From: Candidatus Omnitrophota bacterium
GTDB lineage: Bacteria; Ratteibacteria; UBA8468; B48-G9; JAFGKM01
NCBI GenBank assembly: GCA_023819375.1
Contig: JAMWDI010000002.1
Span: 181,896-245,895 of the forward strand
Reading direction: 5' to 3'
DNA: 64,000 nucleotides
The notes below the pieces were generated by a model. It was not told the origin of the DNA. It saw nothing but the letters and a program-made list of their open reading frames with translations, and did no database searches. How positions within the stretch are numbered: position 1 is the first letter of the stretch; every line of letters begins with the position of its first letter. The translations under genes were made by a program, and so were the position numbers. Below are positions 1 through 8,382 of this stretch, in pieces.

Positions 1-236
1 GTCCAAGAGAAAGTTTAAATTTAAATTTAATTATTGAAAGTTTGAAAAAAATAAAAAAAATAAGTGATAAGCCAGTTGCTCTCGGTTTTGGAATATCTAA
101 TAAAGAACAAATAAAACAAATAAAAAGTTATGTTGATGGAATAATAGTTGGAAGTTCTTTTTTACAAAAATTGATTGAAAATGAAGACGAGGCAATTAAG
201 TTAATAAAAGAATTCAAAGAGGAATTAAGTTATTAA
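1..236 (+). CDS. trpA: Tryptophan synthase alpha subunit, C-terminal fragment; 5' end lies upstream of the window
   Basis: ORF ends at 236. The C-terminal motif PVALGFGIS...GIIVGSSF matches the TrpA C-terminus (GFGIS ... VGSA). The frame is open to the window start. Confidence 0.55.
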   Translation, partial: PRESLNLNLIIESLKKIKKISDKPVALGFGISNKEQIKQIKSYVDGIIVGSSFLQKLIENEDEAIKLIKEFKEELSY

Positions 237-301
237 AAAAAATTATTATAAATTTGAAAATAAAATTTGAAAAATGTAAAATTTATCAAAAAGGAAGAAA
301 A

Positions 302-1027
302 ATGAAGAAATTTTTAAAATTTATCAAAAAATTTTTGCTTTTGATTTTTATTATTGGAATAATAGGAGGCGGATGGTTTTATTATAACAAATATAAAACT
401 GAAAAATTGAAAAAATTAGCAGAAGAAGAAAAAAGGAAAAAAGAGGAACTTGAGAGAGAAAAGCAAAGAAAACTCCTTGAAGAAAAAAGAAAAGAATTTG
501 AAAATTTGATAGTTGAAATGGAAAACTTTTTTAAGAAAGGAGATTATACAAAAGTTAAAGAGTTATCTGAAAAAGGGTTTCTCCTTGGCAAAGAATATAA
601 CTTTTCTGTAGATAAAATTAAGGAAATTTTGTATAAAATTGAAGTTAACACATATCTTTCAAAATTAAGAAAACTCCAAAAGGAAAATGAGGATATTTAT
701 AAATTTTTCTATGTAAGAAAAGAAGTTATGAAAATCCCATCATTAAAAGAAATTGCAAGTTTGAAAAAAGAAATACTTGATAAAACTTTTGAAAATGAAT
801 ATAAAGTGAAACTTTTATGGGCCAAAAATACTCTTGAAAAACTTGAAGATGAAGGAATCCACAATTATTTCCTTAGCAAGAAAATACTTGATGATGCAAA
901 AAAGATAAGATTAGCAAGAAATATTGAAAAAGATAAACTTGAAGATCAAATAGAGATATTACAAAGTGAAGTTTATTTTGCCTTGAAGCAACTTCATGAA
1001 AATACAATTCCTAAATCTCTATATTAA
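302..1027 (+). CDS. Hypothetical membrane-anchored coiled-coil protein
   Basis: The ORF 254-1027 likely starts at the ATG at 302 (MKKFLKF), which follows a GGAAG RBS. It has an N-terminal hydrophobic helix followed by long K/E-rich coiled-coil-like sequence. No recognisable family. Confidence 0.45.
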   Translation: MKKFLKFIKKFLLLIFIIGIIGGGWFYYNKYKTEKLKKLAEEEKRKKEELEREKQRKLLEEKRKEFENLIVEMENFFKKGDYTKVKELSEKGFLLGKEYNFSVDKIKEILYKIEVNTYLSKLRKLQKENEDIYKFFYVRKEVMKIPSLKEIASLKKEILDKTFENEYKVKLLWAKNTLEKLEDEGIHNYFLSKKILDDAKKIRLARNIEKDKLEDQIEILQSEVYFALKQLHENTIPKSLY

Positions 1028-1029
1028 AA

Positions 1030-2322
1030 ATGAATAAAAAAATTGTAAATATTGGAGTTCTTGGATGTGGAACTGTTGGGTCAAGTTTTATCAATAATTT
1101 AATTTCAAAACAGAAAATAATAAAAAAAACTACAGGTATTGAATTAAACATTCTAAAGGTTTTTGATAAAGACAAATATAAACTTGAAAGGTATAAGAAT
1201 TTTGCAGTGAAAAATCCAGAAGAAATAATCAATGATGAAAATATTGATATTGTTGTTGAACTTATTGGAGGAATTGATTATGCCTATGAATTTATAATGA
1301 AATCTATAGAAAAAAGAAAATCAATTGTTACTGCCAATAAATATTTACTCTCAAAATATGGTGAAGAAATTTTCAAAAAAGCAAAAGAGAAAAAAGTATA
1401 TATTGGATTTGAAGGCAGTGTCGCAGGAGCAATTCCTGTTATTAAAGTGTTAAAGGAAAGTTTTATGGGAAATAAAATCACAAAAATTCTTGGTATTTTA
1501 AATGGAACAACTAATTTCATTCTTTCCGAAATGTTTTATAAAGGTATAAACTTTAAGGAAGGACTTGGAATGGCAAAAAAATTCGGTTATGCGGAAGCAA
1601 ATCCACATCTTGATATTTCAGGCTATGACACTGCACACAAAATATTAGTGTTATCCTGGATAACATGGGGACATCTTTTTTCTGTTGAAAAAATTTCAGT
1701 TGAAGGAATAGATAAAATCGAACCTATAGATATTAATTTTGCCAGTGAATTAGGTTATAGAATAAAACTTCTTGGTATAGGGAAAAAAGAAAACAATCAA
1801 ATAGAAATAAGGGTTCATCCAGTTCTTCTTCCCAGAACTCATTTACTCTCGCTTGTTGAAGGAGTTAACAATGCAGTTTATATTGAAGGAGATCTTATAG
1901 GAAAATCTCTTTTTTATGGAGAAGGAGCAGGAGGAAACGCAGCAAGTAGTTCTGTGATAAGTGATGTCATTGATATAAGTAAAAAGATAATATCAAAAGA
2001 ATATATTGAGGAAAACTTCTTATCTGAGAAAAAATTAAATTTAAAACCTTTTGATGAAATTGAAACAAAATATTATTTCAGATTTACTGCTATTGATAAA
2101 CCCGGGGTTCTTGCTAAAATATCAAAAATTCTTGGAGACAATAATATAAGTATTTTATCTGTCATACAAAAACAAGACAATCCTCAAAAAGCAGTTCCAA
2201 TCATTATGTTAACTCATAAAGCAAAAGAAAAAAATGTAAAAAAAGCAATAAGTTTGATAGATAAACTTGATGTAATAAAAAATCCGACTATAATTATCAG
2301 ACTTGAAGAAGAACTTATGTAA
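1030..2322 (+). CDS. hom: Homoserine dehydrogenase with C-terminal ACT domain
   Basis: The N-terminus has the NAD-binding motif GVLGCGTVGS. The central region (ANKYLL, VAGAIPVIK) and the ACT-like C-terminus fit homoserine dehydrogenase. Length 430 aa. Confidence 0.85.
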   Translation: MNKKIVNIGVLGCGTVGSSFINNLISKQKIIKKTTGIELNILKVFDKDKYKLERYKNFAVKNPEEIINDENIDIVVELIGGIDYAYEFIMKSIEKRKSIVTANKYLLSKYGEEIFKKAKEKKVYIGFEGSVAGAIPVIKVLKESFMGNKITKILGILNGTTNFILSEMFYKGINFKEGLGMAKKFGYAEANPHLDISGYDTAHKILVLSWITWGHLFSVEKISVEGIDKIEPIDINFASELGYRIKLLGIGKKENNQIEIRVHPVLLPRTHLLSLVEGVNNAVYIEGDLIGKSLFYGEGAGGNAASSSVISDVIDISKKIISKEYIEENFLSEKKLNLKPFDEIETKYYFRFTAIDKPGVLAKISKILGDNNISILSVIQKQDNPQKAVPIIMLTHKAKEKNVKKAISLIDKLDVIKNPTIIIRLEEELM

Positions 2323-3651
2323 TCAAACTTTTAAAAATATAAATCTAAGAATAAAGGCAATAGCAACAATAACTACAACAGGATTTAGTTCTTTATATCT
2401 TCCTGTTAAAAGTTTTAAAAAGAAATAAGATATAAAACCAAAAGCAATTCCTTCACCAATATTGTATGTTAAAGGAATGCCAACGAAGGATAAAAAAGCA
2501 GGGATTGCTTCTGTTGGATCTTCCCATCTAATTTTTTTAATGGTAGGAATAATTAAACTACCAACAACAATTAAAGCAGGTGCAGTAACAGGATATAGTG
2601 TTATACCTGAAGGATTGGGAATTCCTGTTCCAATCATTTTTACAAAAGGATAGAAAAACAGGGAAAGTAAAAATAAAACTGCAGTAATAATTGATGCAAA
2701 ACCTGTTCTACCCCCTACAGAAACTCCTGCTGCACTTTCAATATAACTTGTAACAGTACTTGTCCCTAAAACTGCTCCAACAACAGTTCCAACAGCATCA
2801 GAAAACAAAACTCTCTCAACCCTTGGAAATTTGCCATCCTTTATAAAACCACCTGCCTCTCCTATTCCAATTGCAGTTCCAACCGTATCAAAAAGATCCA
2901 TAAAAAGAAAAACAAAAATTACTGTAAATATACCACTTTTTAATGCTCCTATTATATCAAGTTTTAAAAATGTTGGTGAAATTGAAGGTATCTTACCTAT
3001 TATTCCTTCATATTTAATAACCCCCATACAAATTCCTATTATTGCTGTTATTATCATACCTATAAGAATATTCCCTTTTATTTTCCATGCCATTAAAGTT
3101 CCAATTATAATCAACCCAATTATTGACAATATTACTTCTTTTTGATACAAATTACCAATAGTTAAAACCACTCCACCCTTTTGAACAATTCCACTTTGTA
3201 TAAGACCAATAAATGTAATGAAAAGTCCAATTCCTCCTGCTATTCCAGATTGTAAAGAAGTTGGAACATTTTCAACAAGTTTTTCTCTAACTTTCCAGAT
3301 AGAAAGAATTATAAATAAAACTCCTGAAATAAAAACTGCTCCAAGAACCTTTTGCCATGCAATTCCCATTCCTAAAATTACTGTAAAAACAAAGTAAAAA
3401 TTTTCTCCCATTCCAGGAGCAAGTGCTATTGGATAATTAGCATAAAGTCCCATAATTAAAGTTGCTATTGCAGAAGAAAGGCAAGTAGCGACCATTACAG
3501 CCCCAAAATCCATACCACCTTGAGAAAGGACTGCAGGTTGAACAAATATTATATACGCCATAGTAACAAAAGTTGTAATCCCTGCTATTATTTCCGTTTT
3601 TAAATCAGCATTCTTTTCTTCAAATTTAAAATATTTCAAAATCTTTTTCAT
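2323..3651 (-). CDS. NCS2/AzgA-family purine (adenine/guanine/hypoxanthine) permease
   Basis: A 442-aa polytopic membrane protein. The N-terminus KTEIIAGITTFVTMAYIIFVQPAVLS...GMDFGAVMVATCLSSAIATLIMGLYANYPIALAPGMGENF is typical of AzgA/PbuG-type permeases. Confidence 0.8.
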   Translation of the reverse strand: MKKILKYFKFEEKNADLKTEIIAGITTFVTMAYIIFVQPAVLSQGGMDFGAVMVATCLSSAIATLIMGLYANYPIALAPGMGENFYFVFTVILGMGIAWQKVLGAVFISGVLFIILSIWKVREKLVENVPTSLQSGIAGGIGLFITFIGLIQSGIVQKGGVVLTIGNLYQKEVILSIIGLIIIGTLMAWKIKGNILIGMIITAIIGICMGVIKYEGIIGKIPSISPTFLKLDIIGALKSGIFTVIFVFLFMDLFDTVGTAIGIGEAGGFIKDGKFPRVERVLFSDAVGTVVGAVLGTSTVTSYIESAAGVSVGGRTGFASIITAVLFLLSLFFYPFVKMIGTGIPNPSGITLYPVTAPALIVVGSLIIPTIKKIRWEDPTEAIPAFLSFVGIPLTYNIGEGIAFGFISYFFLKLLTGRYKELNPVVVIVAIAFILRFIFLKV

Positions 3652-3664
3652 AACTTTATAAATT

Positions 3665-4156
3665 TTACCATTTTTCCCAGTGTAAAACTTCTTTTAATTC
3701 TCTCTTTTTAGGTTTTGGTTCTTCTGCAGGGTATCCAATTGAAATTAAACTGATTAATTTATATCCTTCAGGAACTTCAAGAATTTCCCTAATTTTTTCA
3801 GCATATGCTTTTTTGTCTCCTGCTACCCAACAACTACCAAGTCCATATCCTTTTGCAGCAAGTAATATATATGTTGTAGCAGCAGAACCATCTTCAAGAT
3901 AATATTTTGTATCTTTACAAAAAACTGCAACACAAACAGGTGCATCTTTTATGAATTTTCCATAATCAGTAATATCTGCTATTTTCTCTCTCATTTTTTC
4001 ATCAGTAATCACGATAAATTCCCAGGGTTGAATATTTATAGCAGTAGGAGCAAACCTTGCACAATCAATTATATCTTCAATAATATTTTTGGGAACTTCT
4101 TTTTTTTGATATTTTCTTATACTCCTTCTTTCTTTTAACACCTTTAATACTTCCAT
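3665..4156 (-). CDS. Nitroreductase-family protein
   Basis: The ERRSIRKY motif and general similarity fit NAD(P)H nitroreductases. The start is placed at the ATG at 4156, which is preceded by a GAGGGGGG RBS. The ORF-track start at 4189 has no RBS. Confidence 0.7.
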   Translation of the reverse strand: MEVLKVLKERRSIRKYQKKEVPKNIIEDIIDCARFAPTAINIQPWEFIVITDEKMREKIADITDYGKFIKDAPVCVAVFCKDTKYYLEDGSAATTYILLAAKGYGLGSCWVAGDKKAYAEKIREILEVPEGYKLISLISIGYPAEEPKPKKRELKEVLHWEKW

Positions 4157-4227
4157 TTTTACCCCCCTCTTTTTGTTAAAAATTTTCAAATCATTCTCAT
4201 CACTAATTTTTAATTTTTTTCCAAAAT

Positions 4228-5292
4228 TTAATATATTACTGGTTCATTATTTTCTGCTGATTTATAAATTCCTTCTATAATTTTTACTACACTTATTATT
4301 TCTTCCTTCTTTGTTATCGGATCTTTCCCTTCTTTTATACATTCAACAAAATGTTTAATTTCCTCAAAATAAACGTCTATTTTAGGTACTTCAGGTATGA
4401 TATCACTTAACACTCCGTTTGTCTCTGTATAAATTCTTACAGGATTTTTTGAATCTAAAGGATCTGGCAATTGGGCTCCTGCTTTTGTTCCAAATATACT
4501 TCCTTTAAGCCCTGTCTCTGAATTTCCAGCCCAACTTGCTTCAACAAATAAAACTTCTCCATTTTTAAATTTAACAAAACCACAAGATAAATCCTCAACT
4601 TCCATTTTTCCTGTTGGTTTGTCTCCTTTTCTTGTATCTACTGGAGGCCATCCACCATCTATTGCTTTATCTTTAAATTTTTCAAAAGTTGCTCCATAGA
4701 CAATTTTCGGCTCTGTTAATCCAGCAATATACAAAACCATATCAATCATATGAACTCCAATATCCATCATAGGGCCACCACCAGCAAGTTTTTTATTTGT
4801 AAACCATGTTCCAAGTCCAGGTATTCCTCTTCTTCTTAAATAACTTGCTTTCAAATAGTAAATTTCCCCAAAAAATCCATCATCTACAAGTTTTTTTAAA
4901 ATAATAGTTTCTCCTAAAAATCTTCTTGGAAAAGCCCCCATAAATATTTTTTTAGTTTTCTCAACAGTATCAAAAATTTGATATGCTTCTTCAACTGTCA
5001 AACAAATTGGTTTTTCACATAAAACATGTTTACCACTTTCCATTGCTTTTATTGACTGAATTGCGTGATAAGCATTTGGTGAGCATATCACAACAGCATC
5101 CAGATTTTCCTCAATTAACTCTTCCCAATTAGTAAATTTTTTAGGAATATTGAACTTATCTGCAACATAATTAAGTTTTTCCTTATTTATATCACAAATT
5201 GCTTCAACTTTTACACCTTCAATTTTCTGTAAATTTGGAATATGAGCAACCTGTGAAATTCCACCTGCTCCAATAATTCCTATTTTTATCAT
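4228..5292 (-). CDS. Gfo/Idh/MocA-family NAD(P)-dependent oxidoreductase
   Basis: N-terminal Rossmann motif IKIGIIGAGGISQVAHIPN. Length 354 aa and general family similarity. Confidence 0.8.
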   Translation of the reverse strand: MIKIGIIGAGGISQVAHIPNLQKIEGVKVEAICDINKEKLNYVADKFNIPKKFTNWEELIEENLDAVVICSPNAYHAIQSIKAMESGKHVLCEKPICLTVEEAYQIFDTVEKTKKIFMGAFPRRFLGETIILKKLVDDGFFGEIYYLKASYLRRRGIPGLGTWFTNKKLAGGGPMMDIGVHMIDMVLYIAGLTEPKIVYGATFEKFKDKAIDGGWPPVDTRKGDKPTGKMEVEDLSCGFVKFKNGEVLFVEASWAGNSETGLKGSIFGTKAGAQLPDPLDSKNPVRIYTETNGVLSDIIPEVPKIDVYFEEIKHFVECIKEGKDPITKKEEIISVVKIIEGIYKSAENNEPVIY

Positions 5293-5306
5293 TCAAGCCC
5301 TCCTTT

Positions 5307-6278
5307 TCAATATTTAATTTTCACAATCTTATTCTTTTCCATTGCTTCATTTGCACATAAAGTAAAAATAAGCGTTTTATAAGCATCTTCATAAGAGGAT
5401 TTTATAAGAGATTGATTTTTTGTCTTTACGGCTTCAATAAAGGCAGTGTCTTCCTTTAATATAAGATTTCCAGTTTCATAAATCTCCTCAATTTTACTTC
5501 CATAGTCTATTTTAACCTTTTGTCTTTCTGTATATTCAATTACTTTGTCTTTAAAGTAAAAATCAAGACCAACCTTCCCGTTGGTATTCAAAAAACACCC
5601 AGAAAAAATTACTCCAAAAACTCCATTTTCAAAATAAACACTGACAGCAGAGGCATCTTCAATATTATATCCTTCAATTTCTTTCATCAATCCTATCCTT
5701 TTAACTGAAAATACTTCAATAGGTTCTCCTATTAAGTACCTTGACATATCAAAAATATGTGTTGTTTGTTCTACTGCTTGTCCTCCTGATAATTCTTTTT
5801 TTCTCCACCAGTAAACACCTGGCATTCCATTTACCCACCAACCTGTAAAGAATCCCAGATTTCCTTCAGAAAAGAATGGTTTAATATAGGCAATGATGTC
5901 TTGGTATCTATCTTGATAACCAACAGCAGTAATTAGGTTTTTTTCTTTGATTTTTTCAACTATTTTTTTTGCTTTGTTTTTATTGAGATGAATTGGTTTT
6001 TCAATAAGAAAAGGGATATTTTTTTCTATACATAGTTCTTCCTGTCCTTCATGAGCAAAAGGTGGAAGACATATATAACAAGCATCTATTTCAATCTCAC
6101 TTAACATTTTTTTCCAATCTGTATAAACTTTACCACCATATTTATCACTTGCTGTTTTTGCCCTATTCTCATCAATATCACACATACCAACAAATTTAAC
6201 ATCTGAAAGTTGTGAAAGAGCAACCATATGGGCATTAGCAATACCACCACATCCTATAAAAGCAATTTTTATTTCCAT
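5307..6278 (-). CDS. Gfo/Idh/MocA-family oxidoreductase (second paralog)
   Basis: Interior start MEIKIAFIGCGGIANAHM at 6278 preceded by GGAGGAAGGAG. Using the track start at 6371 would overlap the next gene by 80 nt without an RBS. Confidence 0.75.
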   Translation of the reverse strand: MEIKIAFIGCGGIANAHMVALSQLSDVKFVGMCDIDENRAKTASDKYGGKVYTDWKKMLSEIEIDACYICLPPFAHEGQEELCIEKNIPFLIEKPIHLNKNKAKKIVEKIKEKNLITAVGYQDRYQDIIAYIKPFFSEGNLGFFTGWWVNGMPGVYWWRKKELSGGQAVEQTTHIFDMSRYLIGEPIEVFSVKRIGLMKEIEGYNIEDASAVSVYFENGVFGVIFSGCFLNTNGKVGLDFYFKDKVIEYTERQKVKIDYGSKIEEIYETGNLILKEDTAFIEAVKTKNQSLIKSSYEDAYKTLIFTLCANEAMEKNKIVKIKY

Positions 6279-6292
6279 CTCCTTCCTCCTTT

Positions 6293-7096
6293 CTAAATTT
6301 TTTGTAAAATATCCTTCATAAATTTCAAACTTTTTCTTAAGTTCTCTTCTTTTGGCTCTGGAACACCACATTCAAGTATCATATAGTCTTCAAAGTTGAT
6401 TCTTTTAAGTGCTTTAAAACAATTTTCAAAGTCAGTATGTCCTAAACCAGGTAAAATTCTATTACTATCAGCCAAATGAACATGAGCAATCCACTTACCT
6501 GCTTTTTCTATTGATTTACCAATATCTGCTTCTTCAATATTCATATGAAAGAAGTCAGCCATTATTTTTAAATATGGGCTATTAATTTTCTCACAATATT
6601 CAATTGCTTGTTCTAATCTGTTTAAAAAATGAGTTTCATATCTATTTAAAGGTTCAAGTAAAAGACAACATTTTGTCTTCTCAGCCTTCTCAATAATTTC
6701 TGGTAATTGAGAAAGCAACAACTCTTTTTCAAGTTCAATTGCATTTTTATAAGGAGTAAGGTCTGAAATCTGAGGTTTTCCAAAAATAGGTACTAAAATT
6801 AAACCAATTGCTTCAAGTTCACTTCCTATTTCCAATAATTTTTTAATATCCTCTCTTGAATTTTTTCTATTTTCTGGATCGCTTTCAAGTAAAAAATTTC
6901 TATATCCTGCACATATTGTTGAAATTTTAATCCCAATCTCTTTAGAAACTTTTTTATACTCTTTAACTTTTTCAGGTTCTTCAAGCAAAATCCTTCCCCA
7001 AACTTCAATTCCTTCAAAACCAATCCTTTTTGCTAATTCAAATTTTTCTTTAATACTATTCCCTGGCAGTATCATATCCTGACATCCTATTTTCAT
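6293..7096 (-). CDS. Sugar phosphate isomerase/epimerase (xylose-isomerase-like TIM barrel)
   Basis: 267-aa protein with the typical TIM-barrel sugar isomerase pattern (FEGIEVW ... HVHLADSN). GGAGG RBS upstream of the ATG at 7096. Forms a cluster with the two Gfo/Idh/MocA genes. Confidence 0.7.
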   Translation of the reverse strand: MKIGCQDMILPGNSIKEKFELAKRIGFEGIEVWGRILLEEPEKVKEYKKVSKEIGIKISTICAGYRNFLLESDPENRKNSREDIKKLLEIGSELEAIGLILVPIFGKPQISDLTPYKNAIELEKELLLSQLPEIIEKAEKTKCCLLLEPLNRYETHFLNRLEQAIEYCEKINSPYLKIMADFFHMNIEEADIGKSIEKAGKWIAHVHLADSNRILPGLGHTDFENCFKALKRINFEDYMILECGVPEPKEENLRKSLKFMKDILQKI

Positions 7097-7551
7097 TTTT
7101 TCCTCCTTTTAATCTTTTAATATATCAATTAATTTTCAAACAGTCAATTAATCAAATTACGTCATAATAATTCTATACGAAAACCAAGCGTGTATCAAAT
7201 AAAAATCTATAACAAAAATCTTTCTTTTTTAAAGAAAACAAAAAAGTAAAGTGAAAGGTTAATAATGGTAGAGAAGAAGAAAATAACAAAAAAAAAGTGC
7301 GAAGACATTAGAAAACAAGAAAAAAAGAAAAAGAGAAAAAGGAGGATTTATGGTGAAAAAGTATTGGTTGCATGAAGATATAGTATATTTTAGATTTTCC
7401 CGGTGATAAGAAATTTGGTAGATTATATAAAGGAGATGATTCCGCCTTAGAGAAACATAATGAAATAAAGTTAGACAATGAGCAAGGAAAAAAACTCTTT
7501 TATTAAAATAATTTTTGACCTGTCAGTGTTAAAGAAATAAAATTTTTTTTT

Positions 7552-8382
7552 ATGAAAATAGGGGCTCATCTTTGGATAGGAGAAGGACTTTTAAAAGTAT
7601 TAAATTATTGTGATTATTTGAAATGTGATTGTTTCCAGATATTTTTATCAAATCCAAGAAGTTGGAAAAGAAAAAAAAGAGATATAGAAGAAATAGAAAA
7701 ATTTATACAGGAAATTAAAAAAAGAAAAATTGAACCTTTTGTTGTCCATATGCCTTATATTTTGAATATCGCAGTAAATGATAAAAATTTAAGAAAGAAT
7801 TTGATTAATTTTTTAATTAAAGAGATTGAAGAAAGTGAAAAGATAGGTGCCAACTTTTATGTTATCCATCCTGGATTTCATAAAGGAACTGGAGAAAAAA
7901 TAGGGATAGAAAATGCAATAGAGGTTTTAAAAAATTTTAAAAATTCAAAGATAAAAATTCTACTTGAAAATACTGCAGGACAGGGAACTTCTCTTGGATC
8001 TGATTTTAAACAACTTGGCTATATATTAGACAAAATTAATGGAAATTTAGGAATTTGTTTTGACACCGCTCATGCTTTTCAAGCAGGTTTTAATATTATC
8101 AATTTTGAAAAAGTAAAAAAGAGTATTGAAAAATTTATTGATTTAAGTTATATTAAATTAATTCATGCAAATGATTCAAAAACTTTTTGTGGTTCTAAAA
8201 TAGACAGACACGAACATATAGGAAAAGGGAAAATAGGAATAAAGGGATTTGAAAATATTATTAAAGATGATTATTTTGGAAGTTTACCTTTTATAATTGA
8301 GACACCAAAATTGAGTTTAAAAGAAGATAAAGAAAATATAAAAATTTTAAAAAAAATAGGGGAAAAATATGGAAAAATATAA
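7552..8382 (+). CDS. nfo: Endonuclease IV (apurinic/apyrimidinic endonuclease)
   Basis: Motifs VVHMPYILN, IHPG, LENTAGQGTSLGS, CFDTAHAF and ANDSK...DRHEHIGKGKIG match the Nfo family. Confidence 0.8.
   Translation: MKIGAHLWIGEGLLKVLNYCDYLKCDCFQIFLSNPRSWKRKKRDIEEIEKFIQEIKKRKIEPFVVHMPYILNIAVNDKNLRKNLINFLIKEIEESEKIGANFYVIHPGFHKGTGEKIGIENAIEVLKNFKNSKIKILLENTAGQGTSLGSDFKQLGYILDKINGNLGICFDTAHAFQAGFNIINFEKVKKSIEKFIDLSYIKLIHANDSKTFCGSKIDRHEHIGKGKIGIKGFENIIKDDYFGSLPFIIETPKLSLKEDKENIKILKKIGEKYGKI

Noticed and set aside
2462-3145. Two plus-strand ORFs (63 and 104 aa) rich in Ile/Pro
   Set aside because: They are antisense to the purine permease gene. The hydrophobic sense strand creates long open antisense frames.
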